DNA of 64,000 nt from Ignavibacteria bacterium. Its GTDB lineage: Bacteria > Bacteroidota > Ignavibacteria > Tepidaquicellales > OLB5. Shown piece after piece: positions 57,127-64,000 of this stretch. Where the stretch lies: NCBI GenBank assembly GCA_041917655.1, contig JAYRXC010000004.1, positions 7,450 through 71,449 on the forward strand. The letters run 5' to 3'. A model generated the notes under the pieces. That model searched no databases. It was not told the DNA's origin and was given only the letters and a program-made list of their open reading frames with translations. The stretch's first letter is position 1; each line of letters opens with the position of its first letter. The position numbers and the translations under genes are program-made.

Positions 57127-57196
57127 ACTGTAAATTATTTGTATTTTTGTGAGATTTTAAAGCAATCAGGGTGAAAGTGATGTTGAATTCATAAAT

Positions 57197-57223
57197 CCTC
57201 CACTTCCCTCCATTTTCCTCCAC
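57197..57223 (-). promoter_or_regulatory. Candidate MraZ operator: three 10-bp-phased direct repeats
   Basis: On the plus strand, cctccac (57197), cctccat (57207) and cctccac (57217). On the mraZ strand this reads GTGGAGG-aaa-ATGGAGG-gaa-GTGGAGG. The site lies 71-97 nt upstream of the mraZ ATG. Confidence 0.55.
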
Positions 57224-57227
57224 TACA

Positions 57228-57255
57228 AAAATACGAAAAAAAAACCATATGTCAA
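57228..57255 (-). promoter_or_regulatory. Candidate sigma-70-type promoter of the dcw cluster (Pmra)
   Basis: On the minus strand: TTGACA (57255..57250), a 16-nt spacer, then TATTTT (57233..57228), immediately upstream of the repeat boxes. Confidence 0.5.
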
Positions 57256-57376
57256 GGGTTTTTTCGCTATTTTTTATTATTTTTTTAGGATGTTACCCAA
57301 TTTTGGTACACATTTGGGGATGATGAGGGAGGAATAAATTATGTACTATATATCGACCAGTGTGAATGGCCTTATT

Positions 57377-58126
57377 TCAAAAAATCTGAAACCAGGTACC
57401 CGTAGCCTTTGCAAACAGGAATACTCCCAAAACAAGCAGAATAATGCCCGCAATAACATTCAGCTTGCCTATGGTGTTTCGGTTGATCTTATGCTTAAAG
57501 CCGGTAATGGCCTTTAGGAGCAGCCAAAACCAAAGTACTGTACCTATGAACGCGCCCACCGAAAAAAGAAGGCCGCCCAGGAAAGATTGATCTATAACTC
57601 CAAAACCTTTAACATAACCAACAAGCAAAACCCACGATGCCGGAAGAGTAATTGATGAAACACAGAGCATAACACCCATTACAAACTGCCCAAAAAAATT
57701 GGATTTATCGGGTATCGGCATTTTGTGCTTTTTCACAAACCCCGCAGCCTTTCCCTGTGCTGCGCTAAGGTGGCCGGATTCCTTAGCTTCCATTTTATCA
57801 AAATCATTCTTCGAGCGCATTATCTTTAATCCGTAAAAAATAACTGCTGCACAACCCGCATAGATCAATACTATCTGAATGGTGTAAGAATTATTATTGA
57901 TGAACTCTTCAGCGCTCACGGGCAGAAAGGAAATGAAGAGCGAGATACCGCCGAAGGCCATCAGCGCATACAGCATATCCATGAATCCTGAACCGGCAGC
58001 AATTGCCATTCCTTCTTTTTTTTCACCGCGAAAACCTTTGGATATCAGAGCAAAGGCAATTGGCCCAAGAGGCGGAACAGATACAATGAATCCCGTAATT
58101 ATCCCAGCTATTATAGTAACTATCAT
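57377..58126 (-). CDS. LysE/RhtB-like polytopic membrane protein (putative small-molecule exporter)
   Basis: About 6 TM helices, with N-terminal GFIVSVPPLGPIAFALISKG resembling the LysE-family PGP motif and a central hydrophilic loop. Weak assignment. Confidence 0.4.
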   Translation of the reverse strand: MIVTIIAGIITGFIVSVPPLGPIAFALISKGFRGEKKEGMAIAAGSGFMDMLYALMAFGGISLFISFLPVSAEEFINNNSYTIQIVLIYAGCAAVIFYGLKIMRSKNDFDKMEAKESGHLSAAQGKAAGFVKKHKMPIPDKSNFFGQFVMGVMLCVSSITLPASWVLLVGYVKGFGVIDQSFLGGLLFSVGAFIGTVLWFWLLLKAITGFKHKINRNTIGKLNVIAGIILLVLGVFLFAKATGTWFQIF

Positions 58127-58289
58127 TAAATCAGTTGTTAATCCGGCAATTTACCCAAAATCCTTAAACATAAAAACCAGCAAAAAAGCCCCCACATAGT
58201 AATAACATGGAAGCCTGTCTAAAGTTCTGATTTATACTTAAGAAAACTTAACTACCGGGAACATTACCCTATACGCAAGGATAAAAAAG

Positions 58290-58345
58290 CCTGCAACATG
58301 AAACCTGCAACATGCAACCTGTAACTTTTAACCTGCTACCCATAG
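58290..58345. repeat. Four degenerate direct repeats with a 14-bp period
   Basis: CCTG begins at 58290, 58304, 58318 and 58332. The units are cctgcaacatgaaa, cctgcaacatgcaa, cctgtaacttttaa and cctgctacccatag. Confidence 0.6.
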
Positions 58346-58348
58346 CCT

Positions 58349-59158
58349 CTACACTTTTGTTATTTCCCGGCTAACCAGATTCTCATTCAGAATCCTCAAT
58401 ACCCCATCATGCACCCTGCCGTTGGTAATGAGTGCATTTCCGCCATAGATAGTGTCGTTACCGCTAAGGTCTGTCAGCCTGCCGCCGGCTTCTTCTACAC
58501 AAATTTTGGTGGCAGCTATATCGTAAGGTGCTACAAACGGATCAATCATTATTTCCGCCTTTCCGTCTATCACCAGGCTGTGCCCGTGGCAGTCGCCGAA
58601 TCCCCTGTCATAATACGTTTGTTTAACCAGGTTTGCGAAATTAGTCTTGTATGATTGCGTGTTAATGTATTCAAGTCCGCCATGCAGGAGATATGAGTCT
58701 TTAATATTCTTTACCTTGCTTACTTTAACTTTCCTGTTATTCAGGTAACAGCCCATCCCTTTAGCCGCGTAAATAAACTCATCAAGCGAAGGCATTGCGA
58801 TTACTCCCAGCACAACTTCTCCCTGGTACTCAAGGGCCATCAACGTTCCCCAAAAGGGATATCTCCGCATATAGTTCTTTGTGCCGTCAATTGGGTCAAT
58901 TATCCATTTAAAATCCGAGCCCGAGCTTTTCTTCCCGCTTTCCTCGGCGTGAATATCATGTTCAGGGTAGCTCTTCTTAAGCTGTGAAAGTATATACTTC
59001 TCGCACTTCATATCTGCGATGGTTACAGGGGTCAGATTTTCCTTAACCTTGTGCTTAAGCTTTTTGTTGTAATATTTCAGGGTTACAGCTTCGGACCTTT
59101 TAACTGTTTTCACGGCAAAATCCAGAAGCTTAACGAGCTGTTTATTTTTCAATTCCAT
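58349..59158 (-). CDS. Inositol monophosphatase family protein (IMPase/HisN/SuhB-like)
   Basis: HAEESG, WIIDPIDGTKNY and GDCHGHSLVIDGKAE... motifs of the IMPase fold. Confidence 0.85.
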   Translation of the reverse strand: MELKNKQLVKLLDFAVKTVKRSEAVTLKYYNKKLKHKVKENLTPVTIADMKCEKYILSQLKKSYPEHDIHAEESGKKSSGSDFKWIIDPIDGTKNYMRRYPFWGTLMALEYQGEVVLGVIAMPSLDEFIYAAKGMGCYLNNRKVKVSKVKNIKDSYLLHGGLEYINTQSYKTNFANLVKQTYYDRGFGDCHGHSLVIDGKAEIMIDPFVAPYDIAATKICVEEAGGRLTDLSGNDTIYGGNALITNGRVHDGVLRILNENLVSREITKV

Positions 59159-59324
59159 AATGTTAAAAATAGAAACTGATTATTAAGATCTGATTACCTT
59201 CAAATTTGTTCTTAATTAAACCTGTAAAAACTGCATTCTGTAAACAATTTGCTTATATATCTGTAACATTCAGCTAACAAAACTGTATTAACTTTGAACA
59301 GGCTGCGAAACTAAATTTCATCAA

Positions 59325-60284
59325 ATGAAAATTGCACACATTTCGGACCTGCATATCGATTACTTCCGCAAAAAAGCAAACAACATCAACTCATACAGGC
59401 TTCTGGAATACATTACATCAAACAATTACGACCATGTTATAATTTCAGGAGATATTACCGAAAATGCCGATAGTGAATCATTTCTGCTGGCACGAAGCTT
59501 GTTAAAGAAATTCGGCCTTCTCGACCCACAAAAGCTGACCCTAACAATAGGAAATCACGATATTTACGGAGGAGTACACCTGGCAGAAGATGTCATCAAT
59601 TTCCCCTCACGATGCAAAAATACCAAATATAATGATAAAGTGTCGGAGTTCATAAGATATTTCAATGAAGCTTTCCCATCGGCTGCGCAGAATACCGGCT
59701 CACCATTCCCTTTCATTAAGGAGCTGGACAGCGTTGTTTTGCTCTCATTGAATTCCATTGCGGAATATTCCTACATGAAGAATCCATTTGCATCGAATGG
59801 CAGGATAAGCGGCAGCCAGTTGAAGAAGTCTGTTGAGTTATTAGAAATTTGCGGAAAAGATAAAAAGCGAATTGCGGTATCACATCATCACTTCAGCCAA
59901 ATCGCAGCAGATCATTTACCCGGTTCCGGTTCCATCTGGCATGCAGTTGAAAACCAGACCATGAAGCTTCGCCGGAAAAAGAAAATACTCGCGCGCATGA
60001 AGGATATGGAGATAGATACAATTCTTCATGGCCACCTGCATGAGAACTCTGCTTATATCAAAAACGGAATTCGCATTATAAACGCAGGCGGCTCGGTACT
60101 GAATTGCGATACTAAAAAACTCTTCCTGAACAGCATACACGTAGAATCCACAGGCACTCTTGAACAGTCTTTTATCAGTATAGAAAGCCCGGCAATGAAA
60201 GAAGCATCCAAAACTCCAAATAATTTTTTGCCTCCATTCAGGAACTTGGAACTGCAAAAGTCCGAGGCTATCTGCCTTAATTAA
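59325..60284 (+). CDS. Calcineurin-like metallophosphoesterase
   Basis: KIAHISDLHID, ISGDITENAD, IGNHD, VSHHH and LHGHLHEN motifs. Confidence 0.85.
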   Translation: MKIAHISDLHIDYFRKKANNINSYRLLEYITSNNYDHVIISGDITENADSESFLLARSLLKKFGLLDPQKLTLTIGNHDIYGGVHLAEDVINFPSRCKNTKYNDKVSEFIRYFNEAFPSAAQNTGSPFPFIKELDSVVLLSLNSIAEYSYMKNPFASNGRISGSQLKKSVELLEICGKDKKRIAVSHHHFSQIAADHLPGSGSIWHAVENQTMKLRRKKKILARMKDMEIDTILHGHLHENSAYIKNGIRIINAGGSVLNCDTKKLFLNSIHVESTGTLEQSFISIESPAMKEASKTPNNFLPPFRNLELQKSEAICLN

Positions 60285-60425
60285 CTTGCAGTTCATCAGG
60301 CTATAACAATTCATCCCTTTACAAATCGAATGAAAATACAGAGCGAATTCACGTTGTTAATTGATTATGCAGAGAATAATTTTTAACTTTGTGTATTCCA
60401 CTAAAATATACGGCTCACTTAACCA

Positions 60426-61364
60426 ATGGCAAGATCCGAGATTCAGATTTTCTCAGGCAGAAATTCTAACTACCTTGTTAAACACATTTGTGATTACCTC
60501 GATCTGCCCCTGGGCAAATGCAGGATCGTTAACTTCAGCGATGGTGAAATATGGGTGAAGTACAACGATAACATCAGGGGAAAAGATGTTTATATTGTTC
60601 AGTCAACAAACCCGCCTTCAGATAACCTTATGGAGCTGCTTATTATGATCGACGCGGCGGTAAGGGCATCAGCTAGAAGGATCACGGCGGTTATTCCTTA
60701 CTTTGGATACGCAAGGCAGGATAGAAAAGATATGCCGCGAGTTTCCATCACAGCAAAACTAATTGCGAACCTGCTAACTGAAGCTGGCGTTGACCGCATA
60801 ATAACCATGGACCTTCACGCACCGCAGCTCCAGGGATTTTTCGATATACCCGTTGACCATTTATACTGCTCTGTTCTGCTTCTGAAGTACTTCAAAAGGC
60901 TGAAGCTGCGCAACCTTGCGGTTGCGGCGCCTGATGTGGGCGGCTCAAAGCGCGCAAGGGCTTATGCAAAGAATCTCGGCGCGGACCTTATATTGATTGA
61001 TAAACGCAGACCCAAACCGAATGTAGCCGAAGTAATGAACATTATCGGCGATGTGGAAGGCAAAAATGTGTTGATAGTTGATGACTTGATCGATACCGCA
61101 AACACTTTCGTAGCCGCCGTTGACGCTTTGAAGAAACATGGCGCAAAAGAAATATACGGAGCGGCAACACATCCGATACTTTCCGGGCATGCCCTGCAGA
61201 AAATAGAAAACTCAAGCCTCAAAAAACTCGTTGTAGCAAACACAGTTCCGCTTAATATCAAATCAAAAAAGATAGAGGTACTTGATATTTCCCGCCTATT
61301 TGCTCACGCGATCTTGAGGAATAATGAGAACCAGTCCATAAGCGCGCTATTTAAGGTAGAGTAA
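60426..61364 (+). CDS. prs: Ribose-phosphate pyrophosphokinase
   Basis: IQIFSGRNSNYL, VIPYFGYARQDRK, TMDLHAPQLQGFF and the PRPP loop LIVDDLIDTANT. Confidence 0.97.
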   Translation: MARSEIQIFSGRNSNYLVKHICDYLDLPLGKCRIVNFSDGEIWVKYNDNIRGKDVYIVQSTNPPSDNLMELLIMIDAAVRASARRITAVIPYFGYARQDRKDMPRVSITAKLIANLLTEAGVDRIITMDLHAPQLQGFFDIPVDHLYCSVLLLKYFKRLKLRNLAVAAPDVGGSKRARAYAKNLGADLILIDKRRPKPNVAEVMNIIGDVEGKNVLIVDDLIDTANTFVAAVDALKKHGAKEIYGAATHPILSGHALQKIENSSLKKLVVANTVPLNIKSKKIEVLDISRLFAHAILRNNENQSISALFKVE

Positions 61365-61393
61365 AATTAAATCTGAATTCTGAAAATTCAAAA

Positions 61394-61424
61394 AGGCAGA
61401 AACCACTGGTTCCTGCCTTTTTTA
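61394..61424. terminator. Bidirectional rho-independent terminator between prs and the repeat-protein gene
   Basis: ggcagaaac-cactg-gttcctgcc (one mismatch) is flanked by aaaaa on the left and tttttt on the right. Confidence 0.75.
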
Positions 61425-61465
61425 GTATGCTGAACTTAAGCACTTTCGTCAAAGCATCTCTTCAC

Positions 61466-61780
61466 TTAAATCATTTCGTCTTCATCGTCATCAATTGAAT
61501 CTTCATCCTTAGAGCGCGGTACTTTCCGCCCTTCTTTTTCAGTATCGCCTTCCTTATCATAATTTTCTTTCCTCTCTTCATTATACGTTACATTTTCATT
61601 TTCTTTTGTTCTGTTTTGTTCAGACTTGTTTTGTTCAGACTTGTTTTGTTCAGACCTGTTTTGTTCAGACCTGTTTTGTTCAGACCTGTTTTGTTCAGAC
61701 CTGTCTTTTCTTTTGTATTCCGGATCTTCGGTCAACAGGTCTTCACCCTGTTTCCTGCCCGGTGGATTTGGCTGTGCCAT
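61466..61780 (-). CDS. Hyper-hydrophilic 104-aa protein with six (K/R)SEQN pentapeptide repeats and an acidic tail
   Basis: The ATG is preceded by aggagag with a 7-nt spacer. The sequence is MAQPNPPGRKQGEDLL...KDRSEQNRSEQNRSEQNRSEQNKSEQNKSEQNRTKENEN...DEDSIDDDEDEMI. There is no hydrophobic segment. A terminator lies downstream. Confidence 0.6.
   Translation of the reverse strand: MAQPNPPGRKQGEDLLTEDPEYKRKDRSEQNRSEQNRSEQNRSEQNKSEQNKSEQNRTKENENVTYNEERKENYDKEGDTEKEGRKVPRSKDEDSIDDDEDEMI
61613..61702. repeat. Perfect tandem repeat, 6 x 15 bp (gttttgttcagacyt), inside the CDS
   Basis: Units begin at 61613, 61628, 61643, 61658, 61673 and 61688. Two units end in ctt and four in cct. Degenerate copies flank the array. 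Confidence 0.95.
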
Positions 61781-62183
61781 GATTTATCTCTCCTTTCAGA
61801 TGAGTTGTTTGTTTATTCACCTATGATTGTATTGTGTATTATATTGACAATTTTTATGCCATTATTAAATCCAGGTGAGAATATTATTAAGTTACATTTA
61901 AACATATAATAGCCATAGGATAGAAATCAGTTTTAGAATTGACTTATCAAATTTCCGGCAAATATGTCATGGCAGATGTGACACGCGAAAAAATATCAAG
62001 ATTACATCGCAAATCTGCAAAAGGGCTGCCGAAAGTCTTAAAAAAATGAAACTTTAGTCTCAATTTTGCAATTATTATTACATTGAAAATAAAGGGCTAT
62101 TTAGCTATTTTTTCAACAATCAAAACAATAAATTAACCCAAAGCAGAACAATGGGTAAAAAAATCAAATTGGAGGATTACACT

Positions 62184-62603
62184 ATGTCAGAAGAAAGAGG
62201 CGTAGCAAAAGGTCTGTTCCTTGGATTCTTAGCCGGCGGAATTGTTGGCGGCGTTTTGGCACTGTTATATGCGCCAAAGAGCGGTAAAGAACTTCGTCAG
62301 GATATCCGGAACAAAAAAGATGAAATGCTTGACGATGCTGAAGAATACCTTGATATCGCGAAACACAAAGCGCAGGATATTATCAACGAAGGCAAGAAAC
62401 GTTCCGAAGAGCTTATTTCGGATGCGAAGAAAAAAGCAGGCAACCTGCTGGATGATGCCAACAACATCTTAAATGTTGCAAAGGAAAAAACATCGACTTC
62501 TTATGATGCTGCCAAAAGCAAGATCATTGATGAATCAGCAAAGGTTAAAGACGCAATAAAGGCCGGAGTCGACGCATATAAGGAAGAACGCAACAAGATC
62601 TAA
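62184..62603 (+). CDS. YtxH domain general-stress-like protein
   Basis: GLFLGFLAGGIVGGVLALLYAPKSGKELRQDIRNK is the YtxH signature, followed by a long charged helix. The ATG at 62184 has GGAGG 8 nt upstream; the ORF also opens at 62151. Confidence 0.8.
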   Translation: MSEERGVAKGLFLGFLAGGIVGGVLALLYAPKSGKELRQDIRNKKDEMLDDAEEYLDIAKHKAQDIINEGKKRSEELISDAKKKAGNLLDDANNILNVAKEKTSTSYDAAKSKIIDESAKVKDAIKAGVDAYKEERNKI

Positions 62604-62635
62604 TCAGCGCTTTGTAAAATTAATAATGGCAAAAA

Positions 62636-63115
62636 ATGCAGGAGTTAGATTTAATATCTGATATTGCCGTGATCGCGCTGTACCTGGCATTAATAGCGCT
62701 GGTGATATACCTGATAAGGGCAATAAAACGTATTGTCAGCGCTATCGATAATATCAACAGCACGATCGATAATATCGAAAGCAAGGTTGACCACATCACC
62801 ACGAAAACCGAACCTTTGATTGAAAATTCTCTTTTGATTACAAATGATATTAAAGAGATTTCATCCAATCTGAAAGTTCAATCCGCAAAGATAAGCGGTA
62901 TTGTAGATACTGTTAAAGAAACTACTGATTCAATAGTAGGTTTTGAGCAGAAGGTACAAAAGGAAGTGGAAACTAATGTATTTGACGCATTGAATATGGT
63001 GAACGCCGTCTCAAAGGGGGTTAAAGCCTTCCTTGGCGTGGTTTCAGGCTCCAGGAACGGCTCATCCGGAAGGAATAAAGCCCGTTCTTATGAATCTGAC
63101 GAAAATATGTATTAA
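62636..63115 (+). CDS. DUF948 domain protein
   Basis: An N-terminal TM (IAVIALYLALIALVIYLI), then IKRIVSAIDNINSTIDNIESKVDHITTKTEPLIEN..., typical of DUF948. This family is a classic partner of YtxH genes. Confidence 0.7.
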   Translation: MQELDLISDIAVIALYLALIALVIYLIRAIKRIVSAIDNINSTIDNIESKVDHITTKTEPLIENSLLITNDIKEISSNLKVQSAKISGIVDTVKETTDSIVGFEQKVQKEVETNVFDALNMVNAVSKGVKAFLGVVSGSRNGSSGRNKARSYESDENMY

Positions 63116-63124
63116 GCTTTTATT

Positions 63125-63144
63125 AAACGGCCGCAAGGCCGTTT
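63125..63144 (+). terminator. Possible terminator hairpin after the DUF948 gene
   Basis: aaacggcc-gcaa-ggccgttt. Only a short T tract follows. Confidence 0.45.
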
Positions 63145-63265
63145 GCCGTTCCGGTAAAACTTACCCGGTGCGAATTACACGTAATGAATTATCAACTTAA
63201 CATTTAACAATTTGCCGCAGCAATTATGCGGTATAATAGCTATTAATTAGAAGGGGCAGAATATT

Positions 63266-64000
63266 TTGGGTAATATAACACCGGAAAAAATCAGGAACAT
63301 CGTTATCGCAGGGCACGGCGGTTCGGGTAAAACAATACTTACTGAATCAATACTCTACACAACAGGAGCGGTTAACAGGTTCGGTAAGATCGAAGAAGGT
63401 TCAACAACATCTGACTACAGCAAAGACGAGGTTTCAAGAAAGATATCAATTAACTCTTCAGTTCTAAACACGAATTGGGAAGATTACAAGCTTAATATAA
63501 TCGATACTCCCGGCTATACAGATTTCACCGGCTCGGTAAAATCCTCCATGAGGATCATGGATACAGCGCTTATAGTTGTAAATGCATCTGAAGGTGTTGA
63601 GGTTGGCACTGAGATAGCAGTCAACTATGCAAAAGAATACGGCATCGAGATCTGCTTTGTTGTGAATAAGCTTGATTACGAAAAATCAGATTTTGACAGC
63701 ACTCTCGCCCAGCTCCGCGAAAACTACGGCGGACATGTTGCCGAGCTTCAGTTCCCCGTTAACCAGGGATTTGGTTTCGACAGCATTGTAGATGTGTTGA
63801 AAATGAAGCTGCTTAAGTTCAGCACAGACGGCAAAGGCGATTACACCGAGCATGACATCCCCGACGCATTGAAAGAAAAAGCAAACGCTCTCCACCAGGA
63901 ACTGATAGAGATTGTTGCTGAGGAAGATGAAGAGCTGATGAGCCGATTCTTTGATGAAGGCGGAACGCTCACCGAAGAAGAGCTTATCGAGGGGCTTTCA
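63266..64000 (+). CDS. EF-G-like translational GTPase paralogue with non-canonical G motifs; 3' end cut by window edge (TTG start)
   Basis: My own translation gives MGNITPEKIRNIVIAGHGGSGKTILTESILYTTGAVNRFGKIEEGSTTSDYSKDEVSRKISI...NIIDTPGYTDFTGSV...VVNKLDYE.... This is the EF-G G-domain layout. The frame is open to nt 64000. Confidence 0.85.
   Translation, partial: MGNITPEKIRNIVIAGHGGSGKTILTESILYTTGAVNRFGKIEEGSTTSDYSKDEVSRKISINSSVLNTNWEDYKLNIIDTPGYTDFTGSVKSSMRIMDTALIVVNASEGVEVGTEIAVNYAKEYGIEICFVVNKLDYEKSDFDSTLAQLRENYGGHVAELQFPVNQGFGFDSIVDVLKMKLLKFSTDGKGDYTEHDIPDALKEKANALHQELIEIVAEEDEELMSRFFDEGGTLTEEELIEGLS

Noticed and set aside
59488-59502. Sigma-54-like promoter motif TGGCACGaagcTTGTT
   Set aside because: It lies inside the metallophosphoesterase coding sequence. 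The critical -12 GC is TT-GT, not GC, and there is no downstream gene to serve. TGGCAC at ~62255 (inside the YtxH gene) also has the wrong spacing.
61613-61702. Possibility that the 15-bp repeats are a CRISPR array
   Set aside because: The units are directly abutting with no spacers and are far shorter than CRISPR repeats. They are in frame within a CDS, and no cas genes are present.
61845-61872. TTGACA in the divergent intergenic region as a promoter for the YtxH gene
   Set aside because: I could not find an acceptable -10 hexamer at 16-18 nt spacing. The site is also more than 300 nt from the YtxH start, so I left it uncalled.

Overview
All calls come from reading the sequence and the ORF track by eye; no searches were run. 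This 64 kb window is an AT-rich chromosomal core region. It looks like an FCB-superphylum organism (Ignavibacteria/Bacteroidota-like), an inference from two T9SS-type C-terminal sorting domains, an atp operon that lacks atpDC, and a miaB / sigma-54 activator / lptE arrangement. I saw no rRNA, tRNA, CRISPR array, transposase, integrase or phage genes.

Gene content, left to right:
- a 5'-truncated GH2-like protein fused to a membrane domain
- smc, an M42 peptidase and an FKBP PPIase
- a tightly coupled HAD / ICMT-like / lpxB / lpxK / C26-amidotransferase block
- a LolB-like lipoprotein and an M23 (EnvC-like) peptidase
- a T9SS cargo protein
- the atp operon, atpZ-(I)-B-E-F-H-A-G
- a DUF814 protein, a TPR protein and a GT2 synthase
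- on the minus strand: an Ig-like lipoprotein, xseA, xseB, dxs, a lipoprotein, miaB, a sigma-54 EBP and lptE
- three secreted proteins (an unknown protein, a WD40 protein, and an SBBP-repeat protein with a T9SS domain)
- a complete minus-strand dcw cluster: mraZ-rsmH-ftsL-ftsI-murE-murF-mraY-[OMP]-murD-ftsW-murG-[membrane ORF]-murC-murB-ftsQ-ftsA-ftsZ
- a LysE-like protein, an IMPase, a metallophosphoesterase and prs
- a small stress-protein-like cluster, then a 3'-truncated EF-G paralogue

I found no convincing multi-gene novel system such as a defence island. The items most worth a second look are:
1. an ICMT/LmtA-like methyltransferase translationally coupled to lpxB-lpxK, a possible lipid A phosphate methylation function
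2. two extra genes embedded in the dcw cluster, a beta-barrel OMP and a 2-TM basic protein
3. a G+C-rich, strand-asymmetrically structured ~230 nt segment between ftsZ and its terminator
4. three 10-bp-phased RTGGAGG boxes just downstream of a sigma-70-like promoter in front of mraZ
5. a 104-aa hyper-hydrophilic protein built on a 6 x 15-bp in-frame tandem repeat, next to YtxH and DUF948 genes
6. a GH2-like domain in which both catalytic Glu residues are replaced, fused to a polytopic membrane domain
7. a lipoprotein signal peptide separated from the FKBP ORF by a T7 homopolymer frameshift
8. an EF-G paralogue whose catalytic His is replaced by Tyr
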